Assembly: GCF_018350175.1 (NCBI RefSeq)
Contig: NC_058373.1
Coordinates: 99,574,001-99,638,000 of the forward strand
Length of the DNA stretch: 64,000 nt
From: Felis catus
Lineage: Eukaryota
Reading direction: 5' to 3'
Shown here: one piece after another, positions 11,526 to 24,149 of the stretch
How positions within the stretch are numbered: position 1 is the first letter of the stretch
Layout of the letters: every line of letters starts with the position of its first letter
The notes under the pieces: model-generated
The model's database searches: none
What the model was told of the DNA's origin: nothing
Seen by the model: only the letters and a program-made list of their open reading frames with translations
Translations under genes and position numbers: made by a program

Positions 11526-12559
11526 ATGTTTTTCTCTTGCAAACAAGGACTTCGGTGTGCCCGGCAGGTTGGACTTGAATGATGGAATATAAAGCACCAC
11601 TTCCAGTTACAATTCTCAAAAAATGTTCGACCTAAAAAAGGCATTTAAAGTGAGTTTTGCTAAATTAATCTGTTCATTCACTGACTTTAATCATAGTGCC
11701 AAAGATGCATTCAGATGGGAAACATTTTTACCTCAAGGTGACGAGGAGGCTTGGTGTAGTAGAAAACTCACAGACGTGCAATCAAACTTCAGTTTAAATC
11801 CCACCTTTGCTCCTTATTCTCCGAACAAATTACTGAAGCCGATAATTGGTATCAGGCTGGCAGAGAGATCAGGCATAGGAATTATTATTATTAATATTAT
11901 TATTATTTGTAAGCAGTGGGCAGACAAAACTCTTCTGTAAGTAATGAAATATCAAATTGGAGTATACCTAGAACTCAGGGATATATTCAAATTAACATCT
12001 GTAACTACGTCTGGAATTCTCTTTCAATTACAAAGACGGAAACTGAATTCAAATTGGTGAAGCAGAAAAGTCACAAGTCAGGGGTCTCCAGTGTGTGTCC
12101 AGCTTCAGGCACATATGGATCCAGAGGTTGTGATGATCTCCTCGGAGCTCTGTCTTGCTCTCCATGCCTTGGGCAGGCTCTCTCCAGAGCATGGGTAAAC
12201 AAATGACCTGTCAACAGTCCAGCTGTTCATCCCACAAACAGCAAATCCAGAGGGAAACAGAAACGAGTCCCTGGGGCCTGCGATGAGGAGGCACCAAGTC
12301 AGAACCCGATGGCATGGGGAAGGGCCACTTCCCAAACAAAGCTGGGGACTTTTACCAGAGAAAGAGCATATATTTTCTCCGCAAACGTTAAGAGATGCAC
12401 TCTAAGACCAGTTTGAATTCATTATGTTTCAGTTATTCTTTGTTTTCAAGACATGCCCAGAATGTTCTACCTCCTTATCTCCAAAGATTCTGCGTATAAT
12501 CAACTTCCTGATGCCTTTCCTAAGAAATACAGAATTATGAATTATGGTAATTATGATGG

Positions 12560-12775
12560 ACTTACGTTGACCTTACTGTAGCAAGTGCTACACTAAATGC
12601 TTTACATAGATTATCTTTCATCCTCCCCACTTCCCACTGAGGAAGGCACTGTTGCCTTGATTCAGAAGAAGACAGAGGCACAGAAAAGTCATTGCCCAAT
12701 AGGGTGGAGTCAGGATTCTAAGCCCCCGGGATTCCGGGTAGAAGCTTGGGTGCCTAACCGCTACAACACGTGCAC
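12560..12775. mobile_element. MIR fragment
   Basis: CTAAATGCTTTACATAGATTATCT...CAGAAGAAGACAGAGGCACAGA core. Confidence 0.6.
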
Positions 12776-12929
12776 CTGACCGCATGGACACTACACCATC
12801 TGAAACATACTGCATACGTTTCTTTACACATTGGTCTCCAGCATCCAGCAGTTACTGAGCAAGCAGATAGTACGTTAATATCAGTCAGTATAGAGATAAT
12901 GCAAGTGTCGCTGAACTGCTTTTTATCGT

Positions 12930-13050
12930 TTCCCCTCCTATGACTGTAAAATGGAACTAATATCGTGTGTCTCGTTGGGTTGTAGAAGAATTAAATGAGG
13001 CAATATTTACAAAGCAGTGGGTGTGGTGCCTGACACACAATAAGCCCCTG
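12930..13050. mobile_element. MIR fragment
   Basis: CTGTAAAATGG...GAATTAAATGAG...AAAGCA...GTGCCTGACACACAATAAG. Confidence 0.65.
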
Positions 13051-13565
13051 TTGCTGCTGTTGTAGCTATCAAGCTAATCAACTATGTCCCAGGTCCCCTC
13101 CTGGGAACGGAGGACCTGGATAAGATGGGGTGGGGTGTCTGAATGAAATGAATCCCTCCGCAGACCCTTGAAGCTACGGTAAGAAAGGCACCTGAACATC
13201 TGGTCTTCCTTTCTTTGTTTTCCCAGAGGAGTTTCTCCACAGCCTGGCTGCTTCGGGAGATGCCAGATGGATGTTTCTAAATGGCCAAACCCGAGGAGCA
13301 AGGATCGGGGAGTCTGGTCTAGCTTGAGCAAATTGTGCGAGCGGTGTTCTCTGTCCCTGCACCCTCTGGAGCTGGTCAGTGCAGGAAGCTTAGGTGAGAT
13401 TTGAGGGAAACCTCCTACGCCCATGGCCACTCCCATCTCTGATAGCTCCCTCACCCTGCTGGAGATCCTAGCCATTAGCGGTTCATTTCAGTAAGCAGGA
13501 AGACTGCTAGACAGGAAGGAGTTAGTTACATCTTGGGAGAGGCACTGTGAGTGGACACCGTCTAG

Positions 13566-13725
13566 TACAAGGATTCTTAAGTTCATTGTGCCCTGGCCCA
13601 ACCCTTTCTTAGAATAATATTTTTAAATGCATGTTTTAAAAGAGAGATTACAAAGGAAACCAATCATATTGAAATATAATTATTTTTTAGATGTTTATTT
13701 ATTTTGAGAGAGAGAAAGAGAGAGA

Positions 13726-13772
<47 letters not shown>

Positions 13773-14250
13773 TGTATGTGGGGGAGGGACAGAGAGAGAA
13801 GAATCCCAAGAGGCTCCCCTCTGTCAGCACAGAGCCCCACAAGGGGCTCAGGCTCATAAACTCTGAGATCATGACCTGAGCTGAAATCAACAGTCGGTGG
13901 CTTTAACCAACTGAGCCACCCAGGTGTCCCTAAAATAATTTCTTAAATTGTGGTACAATATATGTGTTTCTTTATTAACTCAGCTACCATCATGTCAAAG
14001 TCATGATGAGAGTGTATGATTTTTCTAAACGTCTGCAACAACTGTAATGTGCTCTGAAAATCTGTGTCTCCTACGGTGAGAGTCACAGTGCTGTTATTGC
14101 TACTGGAATGTGTGGCCTATGCTCATAATGGAAGAAAATGCTTAATTTCAGCTTGAGGTTACTGAAAAGAAGTAATTCTTTTCTTATTCAAGTTCAAAGA
14201 CCTCTTGAAGTCTTCTCTCCAAAGCATCCAGTGCCATAGGTTAAAAACAA
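13566..14250. mobile_element. MER119-like hAT-Charlie element interrupted by a SINE
   Basis: AGAATAATATTTTTAAATGCAT...GATTACAAAGGAAACCAATCATATTGAAAT and CTGCAACAACTGTAATGTG match recalled consensus; ends GGTTAAAAAC. Confidence 0.65.
13681..13930 (-). mobile_element. Can-SINE with internal (GT)n expansion (about 13728-13780)
   Basis: Reverse-complement SINE ending CTGAGCCACCCAGGTGTCCC; degenerate TSD AAATATAATT/AAAATAATT. Confidence 0.92.
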
Positions 14251-15705
14251 AGTGAACAAAAAATGCTTGCTCTAAGAGCTCAAATTAAGAATTTACTGCA
14301 AGAAACTGATGTTAAGAAAATGGGGACATGGATGGAAAAGGGGGAAACCCTGACACAGTGGTGTCACACCTTAGAATGCCTAAGAAATCTAGAAAGCTTA
14401 TTGACGATGTATGTTCTGCTTCCACAGATTCTGATTGAGCAGGTCTGGGGCGGGGGGTGCTGAGATTCCTCCCACAGTTCCATAGCTAGTAGATGACTCT
14501 GCTGTAGTTACAATACAGGTCTATGTGCGTCCAGAGACTGGGTGGGACTCTATACATTCTATACACTCAACACACTCCCCGATCGCCTGGAGATAGGAGC
14601 AGGGTCAGGATACCTCCAAGGAAACCAACATCTGGGATATCCAGGAAATTGTGCAAGATACAGCTCATGTCAGAGCCAGGCTTTGATTCCGGGAGTCCTG
14701 ATTCCTAAGCTCAGTGCTGCACCACCACAGGGGCATATAATGGGAGACCAAAGACCTCTTGGCAATTTTACAGCCTAGTCTATGGCTGACCTGGATCTAT
14801 ATCCTTCTACCATTTCCCCAAAAAGCACAGTTGCCCTTTGACCATCAGGCAAGTAGCCCAGCGTTTCCTGGCCCCATTTGCCATATCTAAGGGAAAAACA
14901 GACACGAGTCTTCACTCAGAAGACTATAGTTATGCTTGTACCCATTGATAGCTCTGGAATGGGCAACAAAAGATAGCACACATATCAAACATCTGCAAAT
15001 CTGGTAACAGAGCCATCTAGTTCCTCCTAGTTTCCATTTGTTGAATTGAAAGCTCAAATAGCAGCAGAATGTTTTCACAGGGAACATTCCCATGCCTTGC
15101 TGGGCATACTTTAAGACACAGTTGGTAAGCTGTGATAGAAACAAAAGCACATTCCTCATGCAATTCCAAGGTGGGGAATTCAGAAGCCACCTGCCGGTGG
15201 GGAGTTCAACTCACCTCATTTCATGTCTGGGGCCTTGCAAGAGCTGAGAGACTAACACTCAATTCCCCCACACCCTTCTGCTCCAACCCTGGGCATTCAG
15301 TCGCTGACTGTTCCTTACACGATTTGCATCAGGAGTCGGTAATGTTTCAGAAATGTCATTCCAAGTACTCATTCATTCATTCCCTTATGGCAATAAAAGG
15401 CCAGTTGCCTATCCTCTGCCAAGAGGTAGAATAGCCTGAAATTATAACTGGGGCCACCAAAGATTCCCCACTCTCTCCCAGACCCTCTGCAGCTTGTAAG
15501 AAGAGAAGGCAGTCTAGAAAATATGCCTCTTAAACCTCTGGGCCTTGAAGGTAGAGATACATTGATGACTTGGAGGAAGGGACAGAGAACTGGACAGGTT
15601 TCCCAGCACCCAGGATGAAGAATGCAGCTGTCTTCCTGAGATCTTGGTCCTTTGGTCAAGCCTCGGATGTTGATATTGCTAAAGGATCTCTACTTAATAG
15701 AGTGC

Positions 15706-15845
15706 ATCTTCTTGTTGGGATGAGCACTGGGTGTCATATGTAAGTGATGAATCACTAAAGTCTACTCCTGAAATCATTATTACATTATATGTTAACGAAC
15801 TTGGGTTTATATAAAATTTAAAAAAAATTTTAATTAAAAAAAAAA
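15706..15845 (+). mobile_element. 5'-truncated carnivore L1 3' terminus
   Basis: GGGATGAGCACTGGGTG...TCTACTCCTGAAATCATT shared with L1 ends at 50890 and 51455-51480; A tail; TSD AGAGTG. Confidence 0.85.
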
Positions 15846-16062
15846 GAGTGAAACTTGTGTCCCACCTGTGCTAATTATACCACTAGAGGCTTTCGTTTAT
15901 AATCTTAAAAGATTTTCTCCAAGCCCCTTCCTTGAAGGGAGAAACTTCCTCAACCCTGGTATCATGTAAGTTTCAAAATCATATATTGAACTGTTATTGG
16001 TAAACACCAAGATTATCTGTTAACCCTTCTTAGATATCTATTTCCTTTCAATGGCAGGCTGG

Positions 16063-16795
16063 GTTTTTTTCTCAGTCGAGATATAATTAACATGTAACAT
16101 TATATTATTTTCAGGTGTACAACATAATGATCTATTATGTGTATATATTGCCAATGATCGCCTCAGTAAGTGTAGGTAACATCATCACCACACAAAGTTA
16201 CAATTTTGTTTTCTTATAATGAGAGCTTTTAAGATCTATGCTCTTAACAACTTTCAAGTATACAATACATGATTGTTAACTATAGTCATTATGTTATACA
16301 TTATATCTCTAGAATTTATTTATCTTATAACTGGAAGTTTGTACCTTTTGAGACCCCCTTCACCCATTTTGCCTACCCCACCCACCCCAGACCCTTGCCT
16401 CTGGAAACCACCAATCTGTTTTCTGTATCTATGAACTTTGTTTTGCTTTTTTAGATTCCACATGTAAGTGAGATCTTACGGTACTTGTCTTTCTCAGTCT
16501 GACTTATTTCACTTAGCATAATGCCCTGAAGGTCCATCCATAATGTCACAAATGGCAATATTTCCTCCCTTTTTATGGCTAAATAATACTCTATTTTATA
16601 TGATATAATATAATATAATATAATAAATATAATATATATAATATATATAATATATATAATATAATATAATATAATATAATATAATATAATATAATATAAT
16701 ATAATATAATATAAATGCACATGCTCTTCATCCATTCATTTGTCAATGGACACTTTGGCTGCTCTGTGTCTTGAATATTATGAATAATGCTGCAA
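16063..16795 (-). mobile_element. L1 3' fragment (L1MA9/early carnivore type)
   Basis: ORF 16451-16735(-) gives EYYLAIKREEILPFVTLWMDLQGIMLSEISQTEKDKY (ORF2 C-terminus); 3'UTR follows. Confidence 0.9.
16598..16714. repeat. (TAATA)n / AT-only microsatellite inside L1
   Basis: Directly visible. Confidence 0.95.
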
Positions 16796-18178
16796 CCAGC
16801 TTCTTCAAATAGTAAATTCTTGCTGCCCCCACCTCCTCACAAGCCCCTTACTTCTCCTGTCACAATCTGGCTCTACTCCCATCACAACAAACTTGAGGAA
16901 CAACCTTTCCAATCTTCTGCAGCCCTTACCTCTCATTCCTGCAGCATTTGACATGTTTGGCCCTATTTCTTGAGGGTCTTAGGTTTCCACACTCAGCCTG
17001 TCCTGGTTCAAATCCTGCCTTTCTATGGCTGCTCCCTCCGCTCCTGCCTGCCTGGGAGAATGTCCTCTTTCAGTCCTGGCTCCTTTACTTCATTGATCTC
17101 TGCATCTCTGAAGCCGAAGCTTTGCTGGGGGAGATAGCCCCTCCTCCAGAATCACCCTCTTTGCCCAGAAGTTATGTCTGGCCTTGGGGAACTAATGATG
17201 GCTTGAGCTGGTCAGGAAATATTGGTCTGAGGACACTGCAGACAAGTTAGCCGGCTCCTGGTGGTGCCACTGTCATTTCCTCAGCAGGAATCTGCCTGGT
17301 AAGTCTTAAACCAGGGGCCTTTCAGAGTCCTCTGGATTTGCTGCCCTTCTCACTCAGAACTGTGGTATTTTGTAGCCTTTAGGTGTGTCTTCTGCCTCCC
17401 TGACCCTCCTCCCACTCCTATATTTTGTGGCATGGAAAGAATAATGAAATCGAGGCTAGGAATTCTGGGCTTGGCTCTGGACCTACAACCAACTAACTCT
17501 CTCCATAGGCCCCCAGTGAAGTAAGAGGTGGGGACCTATGTCATCTCAAAGACCCTTTTAACATATGGTAAGGAGGCCTCATCACCTTACCCACTTTAGG
17601 GATGAGACGATATCAAGGCAGACCTCCAGCAGTTCTTGGCCAAATGATGATGGAATTTTGAAGCTGAAGAACTTCAGTAGAAGAGACTGTAATGTTGGAA
17701 AATCAACCTATTTGGGGGCATAAGAGCTCTATAAGCGCTCAGAAACTGAGAATCAAAGCTTACCCAAAAGTGCTGTGGAATGCAGAGAAATGCTTTCCTT
17801 TTGCTTGCTAGCAGCAGTGCACCGGTGGAAGCAGTGAGAACAGCTGAGCAAACACAATTACGATAACTTCTAAAGTTTGTAAGATAATCATATAAGAAGG
17901 AAACAGCCAACACCCCTGGAGTCTCTGTGGGTAGAATCTGTGCCTAAGAGTTTGATACTGGATTATATTAAAGAGCTGTAGTTTCAAAGCTCTTTGCCAG
18001 TTCTTTGTATCTTTCACGATAAAGTCATAAAGCAATTGATTCCTTGTTTAGCTGAGCCAAAAATGAATTCTTATATATGCAAAGTCAGGACAAAACTCCA
18101 TTTGGGGTGGTGGGAGAGAGCTATGGTGCTTCACATGAACTGGGGAGTAGTCCTCAGACAACTGGGTAGAAAGATGGA

Positions 18179-18427
18179 GGGGCCATCTGGGTGGCTCAGT
18201 CGGTTAAGCGTCTGACTTCGGCTCAGGTCATGATCTCACAGTTCATGAGATCTGAGACCTCAGAGCCTGGAGTGAGTTTGAGCCCCTGTGTTGGACTTTG
18301 TGCTGACAGCTCAGAGCCTGGAGCCTGCTTCAGATTCTGTGTCTCCCTCTCTCTCTGCCCGTCCCCTGCTCATGTTCTCTCTCTCTTTCTCTCTCCTAAA
18401 TGAATAAACATTTAAAACACAAATAAA
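18179..18427 (+). mobile_element. Can-SINE with internal duplication or chimeric structure
   Basis: CTCAGAGCCTGGAG occurs twice; TSD AGAAAGRTGGAGG. Confidence 0.93.
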
Positions 18428-18446
18428 AGAAAGGTGGAGGGAGCCA

Positions 18447-18664
18447 TTTTTTTTTAACTTTTCTAAAGTTCATTTATTCTTGAGAGATAGGGGAGACAGA
18501 GCATGAGCAGGGGAGGGGTAGAGAGGGAGACACAGACTCAGAAGAAGGCTCCAGGCTCTAGGCTGTCAGCACAGAGCCCGATGCGGGGCTTGAACCCACA
18601 AACCGTGAGATCATGACCCGAGCCAAAGTCAGGCACTTAACCGGCTGAGCCACCCAAGCACCCC
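18447..18664 (-). mobile_element. SINEC_Fc-type Can-SINE
   Basis: Reverse-complement SINE; degenerate TSD GTGGARRGAGCYATTT. Confidence 0.94.
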
Positions 18665-19336
18665 AGTGGAAAGAGCTATTTCAGTGACATCCAGAGGAGA
18701 GTACATAAGACCAAAGAGAAATTTTCTGAGGTTAGGATGGTATATCAATTTAAAAATTTATGTATATTTACAGAGAAATGTCTGATGTTCAATTGTTGTT
18801 TCCTTCCTTGAGCTGCAATTAACCTACATCACCTCCTTATCTCTGAAAATGTCTCTAGGAGGCAACAATCTGTCAATCTGTTGTCAGTGGAACTTTGGGG
18901 AAATGAAGAAAGAAGGTTGATTCCCCGTTGAAACTGAGTGGGCCCACAAGAAGAGACAGCAGCTGGAGAGAGGCTGGTTATGAACAAGGAACAGGGAGAC
19001 ATGGGTGCCAAAAAGAGGCTGAGGCTGAAGATATAGAGGACAGAAAAAATGGTGGAAAAATGTTCCTGAGAAGATGCAGGAATTGGAGCCCATGATAGGA
19101 AAGGAAGTATTCACCTTGACCAGGAGGAAGGACCCCCTCTTCCTCTAATCTCTGTCTTCGCAGTTGGCACCACAAATCCAAAGCCATCCCCATTTCTAGG
19201 CCTCCATATTCGGCACCCTATCTGGGCTCACCATTTTTCAGATTTTTCCATTATCTGCCTGTCATGTCCTAGTCTCTCGAGGACTATTTTGCTATGCTTC
19301 ACATGATGTCAGCCAGCTAACACATAAAGTAGTCTA

Positions 19337-19885
19337 GAACATGCTGTCCAATATGGTAGCCACTGGCTACATGCAGCTTATTGAACACTGGAATTGTGGC
19401 TAGTCTGAAGTGAGGTGTGCTGTTAAGCGTGAAGTGCACACCAGTTCGTGAAGATTTAGTATGAAAAAAAGTGTAAAAGAGGGGCGCCTGGGTGGCTCAG
19501 TCGGTTAAGCGTCTGACTTCGCTCAGGTCATGATCTCGCGGTTCGTGAGTTCAAGCCCCGCGTCGGGCTCTGTGCTGACTGCTCAGAGCCTGGAGCCTGT
19601 TTCAGATTCTGTGTCTCCCTCTCTCTCACCCTCCCCTGTTCATGCTCTGTCTCTCTCTGTCTCAAAAATAAATAAACGTTAAAAAAAATTTTTTTAAAGT
19701 GTAAAAGAACTCATTGGTAATACATTGATTAATGTCGAGATGATAATGTTTTGGATATATAGGTTTCAATAAACCATATTATTAAAATTAATTTCACCCA
19801 CTTCTTTTAAACTTTTTTTAAATATACCCACTAGAAAATTTAAATTATACTGCTCACATTATAATTTCTACTGGAAAGCAAAGGT
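19337..19885. mobile_element. MER33-like hAT-Charlie MITE interrupted by a SINE
   Basis: TGCTGTCCAATATGGTAGCCACTGGCTACATG start; ATTAAAATTAATTTCACC...TTTCTACTGGAAAGCA end. Confidence 0.75.
19481..19695 (+). mobile_element. SINEC_Fc-type Can-SINE
   Basis: TSD AAAGTGTAAAAGA at 19468-19480 and 19696-19708. Confidence 0.96.
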
Positions 19886-19969
19886 CTACGCTAATGGATT
19901 CTAGATCTTGTAACCCTACTCCTCCCACCCTGGCCACTTCTTCCATCAGCTTCCTGACAAAGAGCACTG

Positions 19970-21080
19970 ACAGATGATGTTTTGAATTTTGCATGATCAA
20001 AAACAAAATCTTTATTTTTCCTTAATATTTCTATTAAGGAAATATTTAGTAGGATATTAAATAGATAAGGATAAGGATATTTAGATAATACGATAATAGA
20101 TAAGGATATTTAATAGATAATTAAATATAACTTTCCACTCAGAATTTTGTAAGAATTGCTGCATTGTTGTTTACCTGCCGGTGTTGGTATTTTATTTTAT
20201 CATTCTTTTAAAATTTATTTTATTTTTTTAATAATTTCTACACCCAGTGTGGGGCTTAAACTCACAACCCTGAGATCAAGAGGCACATGCTCCTCTGACT
20301 GAGCCAGCCAGGCACCCTACCTATGTTGGCATTTTAAAGGCTGACCCTTAGTATGTAATTTGTTGTTGTTGTCGTTTTGTAGCTGATTTCTTCACCTCTA
20401 GAAGGTTTTAGGCTCTTCTCCTCATCAATGGTGTTTTTAAATGTTATGGTATTATAGTTATGTGTGTGTATTTCACGTGTGTGTATGTATGTCATGGACA
20501 TTTTTATGGGTCATTTCAATCTGGAAACTCATGTCCTTCTATTTTCATGTTCTTTGTTGGATGATAATCATTCCTTTCGTTTTCTCCGTTCTTTTTTTTC
20601 CTCTGGACGTTGAAACTCCTTGATCAAACTTTTCCTTTTGTATTTTTTGGTTCCTATTGTCCATTTCTTTAATATTTTATTCTGGAAGAAATCCTCAGCT
20701 TTATTTTCCAACCAATCTACTGAATATGTAATATTCAATATATTCCCATTTTCTAAGTGTTTTTTTCTGATAGCCTCTAACTCTTGTTTCATGGATATAA
20801 TATCTTCTTCTGTCTTTCTGAAGATATGAATTGCTGAGTTTTTTTTAATAGTTTTCTCCCACTTTCTGCCTCACTGTGTTTCTCTTGAGGCTGTGGTTTT
20901 TTTGTTTTGTTTCATTTGTTTTTCAGTTTCTCTATTTTGATGTTTTTTGTTGGAGTCCTTCCTCAAATGCCTCAGGAGTTTTGACCGGCTCTTCACATTT
21001 AAGAACAAGACTTGCAAAGTTAGATGTAAACTCCATGTATGAGGGTGCGGCTCATCAAATGACCAGCTTTGCTGCAAGGT
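19970..21080 (-). mobile_element. Ancient L1M (ORF1/5' region) remnant
   Basis: T-rich degraded sequence; minus-strand peptide KQELEAIRKKHLE...DWLENKAE resembles an ORF1 coiled coil. Confidence 0.5.
20190..20318 (-). mobile_element. Short Can-SINE
   Basis: CCCTGAGATCAAGAG...CTGAGCCAGCCAGGCACCC. Confidence 0.88.
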
Positions 21081-21276
21081 GATGACTGACAGACTTTTTG
21101 CATTTGGGGCACATATGTCAGTGCCTAAACATCATTTCTCCAGAGAATGAAACTCCACTTTTGTCTTTAGGGAAGCAGGATAAAGGAAGAGGGTTGCTGG
21201 TGTTGGTATGTGTTGGGGGGTAGGGACAAGGGGCCTTGTCTTTAATATGTGGACATTGACTTAACTCCTTCCCCCT

Positions 21277-21407
21277 TTTTATTATTTATTTATTTATTTT
21301 TTGTTATTACTATTTTTTAAGCAAGCTCTACACCCACTGTGAGGCTTGAACTCATGACCATGAGATCAAGAGTTGCATGCTCTGCTGACTGAGCCAGCAG
21401 GTGCCCC
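21277..21407 (-). mobile_element. Short Can-SINE
   Basis: TGAGATCAAGAG...CTGAGCCAGCAGGTGCCCC; TSD TTCCCCCTTT. Confidence 0.88.
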
Positions 21408-22088
21408 CTTTCCCCCTTTATAAAAAATTGTGCTCCCCACTCTTCTACTCCTCCACATCTGGAATTCCTAGATGTGTGGCCTTTCTCACCTTCTACAAAA
21501 AGCAAAGAAATGTCCAATCTCCTTAAGAAGACAGGTGGAAGTCAGGTGTGGGAGGTGAGGAATATGTGTCCCACTGCAGGGTGAGTGGAGACCAGGGATT
21601 GGATCATTTTCTGCACACTTAGATCTCTCTTGTTGTTATCAGCCTCCCATCCCCCTGCCTTCTGCAACACTGCAGGTGTTGCCATGTTCTGAATCACTCC
21701 AGGAGCCTGGGGGTTAGAGGGGGAGCTACTGACTTGCTCCTCTCATATTCTCTGTAGGCATTTAGGCAGGAAGCTCCTCAGTCACTTCTGCACAACTCAC
21801 CCGCATCTCTCACTCACTGTTTTTCATTCTCCAAATCTCTATAGCAATATGTTGAAGTTGATCTTTGGCTTCATTATTTACCAAAATCTACTGTTGGAGT
21901 TTGGCTTTAGTCCTGGTCTTTGAAAAGCCAAAAGCATAATTTCTGTCATCTCTGAACCCATGTATGATCAATGATCAGGTGAATGGGCTATCATCATAGC
22001 AAATGAAGTTGACAATGTTAGCAACATGAGCAAGATGAGTCATTAAGACATTGTTAATATCTGAATATTCGCTTTAAAGTATGTAGCT

Positions 22089-22298
22089 GGGGGTGTCTGC
22101 ATGGCTCGGTTGGTTAGGCATCTGACTTTGGCTCAGGTCACTATCTCACGAGATCAAGCCCCGCATCGGGCTATGTGCTGGCAACTCAGAGCCTGGAGCC
22201 TGCTTCGGATTCTGTGTCTCCCTCTCTCTCTCTGCCCCTCCCCCACTCACACCCTATCTCTCTCAAAAATAAACATTGAAAAATTTTTAAAAATAAAA
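22089..22298 (+). mobile_element. Can-SINE
   Basis: Head, CT tract, tail; degenerate TSD ending GTAGCTG. Confidence 0.92.
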
Positions 22299-23021
22299 TA
22301 GGTAGCTGTAACTACATAGATGTAGAAAATTTCCTTATGTATTTTATATATGGGAATTCTCTTAGTTTATTAAAGTATACATTTATTACTGCAAAAGTAA
22401 AATGCTATAAAATTGAATGTATATTTGATTGTCTAACAATTGATTGTCCATTTTATGTATAAGATAATTAAAACATTTTGAAAAAGTTAAATAAACAGGG
22501 AAATGGATTAACAGTTAATATGAATATTAAGAGACGATGCATTACATGGAGAATGTTATGAAGTGAACTATATCCTTTTGAAAGAACAAATATGTATAAG
22601 AATTAAAATAATAATGCAGGGCAGAATAATAGAGACTTATTTATAATTCTAATCTTTTGTTGAATTATTTGATGCACAGATATTTGTAAAACTAGACAAA
22701 ATAACTTATAGGAATTATATTTTGTTTTTAGTTATTTAATTCTATTAGGCCATGATGCTTCCACAGAAAGGCTCTATTTGTGAATTGCTGACGTCTTATG
22801 AAAATGAGTAGGAAGCAGCATATCAACTTTGCCACTTCAAATTTTTACAAGAAAGAAAAAACTGAATTCTGAACTACAGCATGCATAGTAAATAACTTTT
22901 ACCCGATCATAATAAAGAGTAAAAAAGCATGTCAAGAAAAGGAGAAATATTTCTAGTAATCAAAGACATCATTTCTGGTAATCAAACTTCAAAACAACAG
23001 AATTTTCTTAAGAAGACAATT

Positions 23022-23045
23022 TTTTTTAAATATAATTTACTGTCA
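23022..23045 (-). mobile_element. Ultra-short L1 3'-terminal insertion (about 24 bp)
   Basis: TTTTTTAAATATAATTTACTGTCA between AAGACAATT direct repeats; resembles the L1 terminus at 51413-51443. Confidence 0.65.
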
Positions 23046-24149
23046 AAGACAATTCTTAAGAAACTTCATAATTTTGAGTCTATAGGGGCCAAAACTATAA
23101 ATGGAACTCGTCCAAGTGATCCTTAAGTACTGACAACATTTTCAACAGTTGAACACGAGATTTTTTTTTGCAATTTGCCCAAGCTATGAATTCTAGGTAC
23201 AAAGTTCCTTCTAGAAAAATTAGGCCCATCCGTTTGGAGAATTTTGGTCCTGCTGGGTTGAAAATGTCACAAACAAAATTTGCTCAGACAGCTCCTTAAG
23301 CACGAAACTGCTTCTATTTCATCTTAAACGAAGAGGGTGAATGGCAAAGCAATTCCTGATTCCCTTTTCTTCAAGTAGCTCAGATGAACAGTAATAGGAG
23401 AGGCCCGTTCCTCCTGTTCACCACGAAGATGTCTGTACCCTCAGTGCACTACCCTTACTTTCCCAGGGCTATGAACAGAACAGCATATGCCTGTGGTTCC
23501 TAAATCCAAAGCTCCTACTGCGATGTCACACTGTTATTGACAATTACCTAACACTTTAATTCACTAGTTTTCCATTATATAAATATTTCTTCAGTTAGAT
23601 TCACTGGGAGTTTAGTCGTGTGAGACCCAGAACTCTCTTGGGAGCCAAGAAAATTACAAGCCAAGTTCAACAATCATCAGCGCTCATCCATCAAGCAGTC
23701 ACACTGGATGTGTCCAAGCAACTGTTACAAAATGCAGACCTAGCACATCATAGAATAAAACAGAGCAAAATATAACTCAAGAATCTGGGGGTGGGGGTGG
23801 GGGGCTGGGTAGCAGCCTAACAGTACCAAAATTCAACAGCTGCTTGCAGAGAAAGTAGTTAGCATCCTGATGTATGCTGAGAAGGACACCAAACTGATAT
23901 GCCTCAAGAGGGTAAGTATCTTTTATAGGACATCTGTTGCAAAGAGTCTTCTATACTTCTGTCCAGGGTAAGTGCTGCAATTAGAGGGCATGCAATGCAA
24001 GCTGAGATACAGATAGCAATTCAAATATACACATTTTTAACCTTTCAGAACTAATTGTGTTGATCTATTGCCACATTTGCAGATGAGGATTTAAGGACAC
24101 ATCCCCCCCTCCCCCTCAGGTGACAAGCTATCAAATGCCTGCCTATCCA

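Noticed and set aside
10631..13475. ORFs of 88-133 aa in unique or old-repeat DNA (e.g. 10869-11225, 11623-11940, 13074-13475)
   Set aside because: No recognisable domain, overlapping ORFs on both strands, several start at non-ATG codons; consistent with random ORFs.
23905..23975. Two strong splice donor motifs (GGTAAGT)
   Set aside because: No convincing upstream acceptor with an open frame; cannot support an exon.
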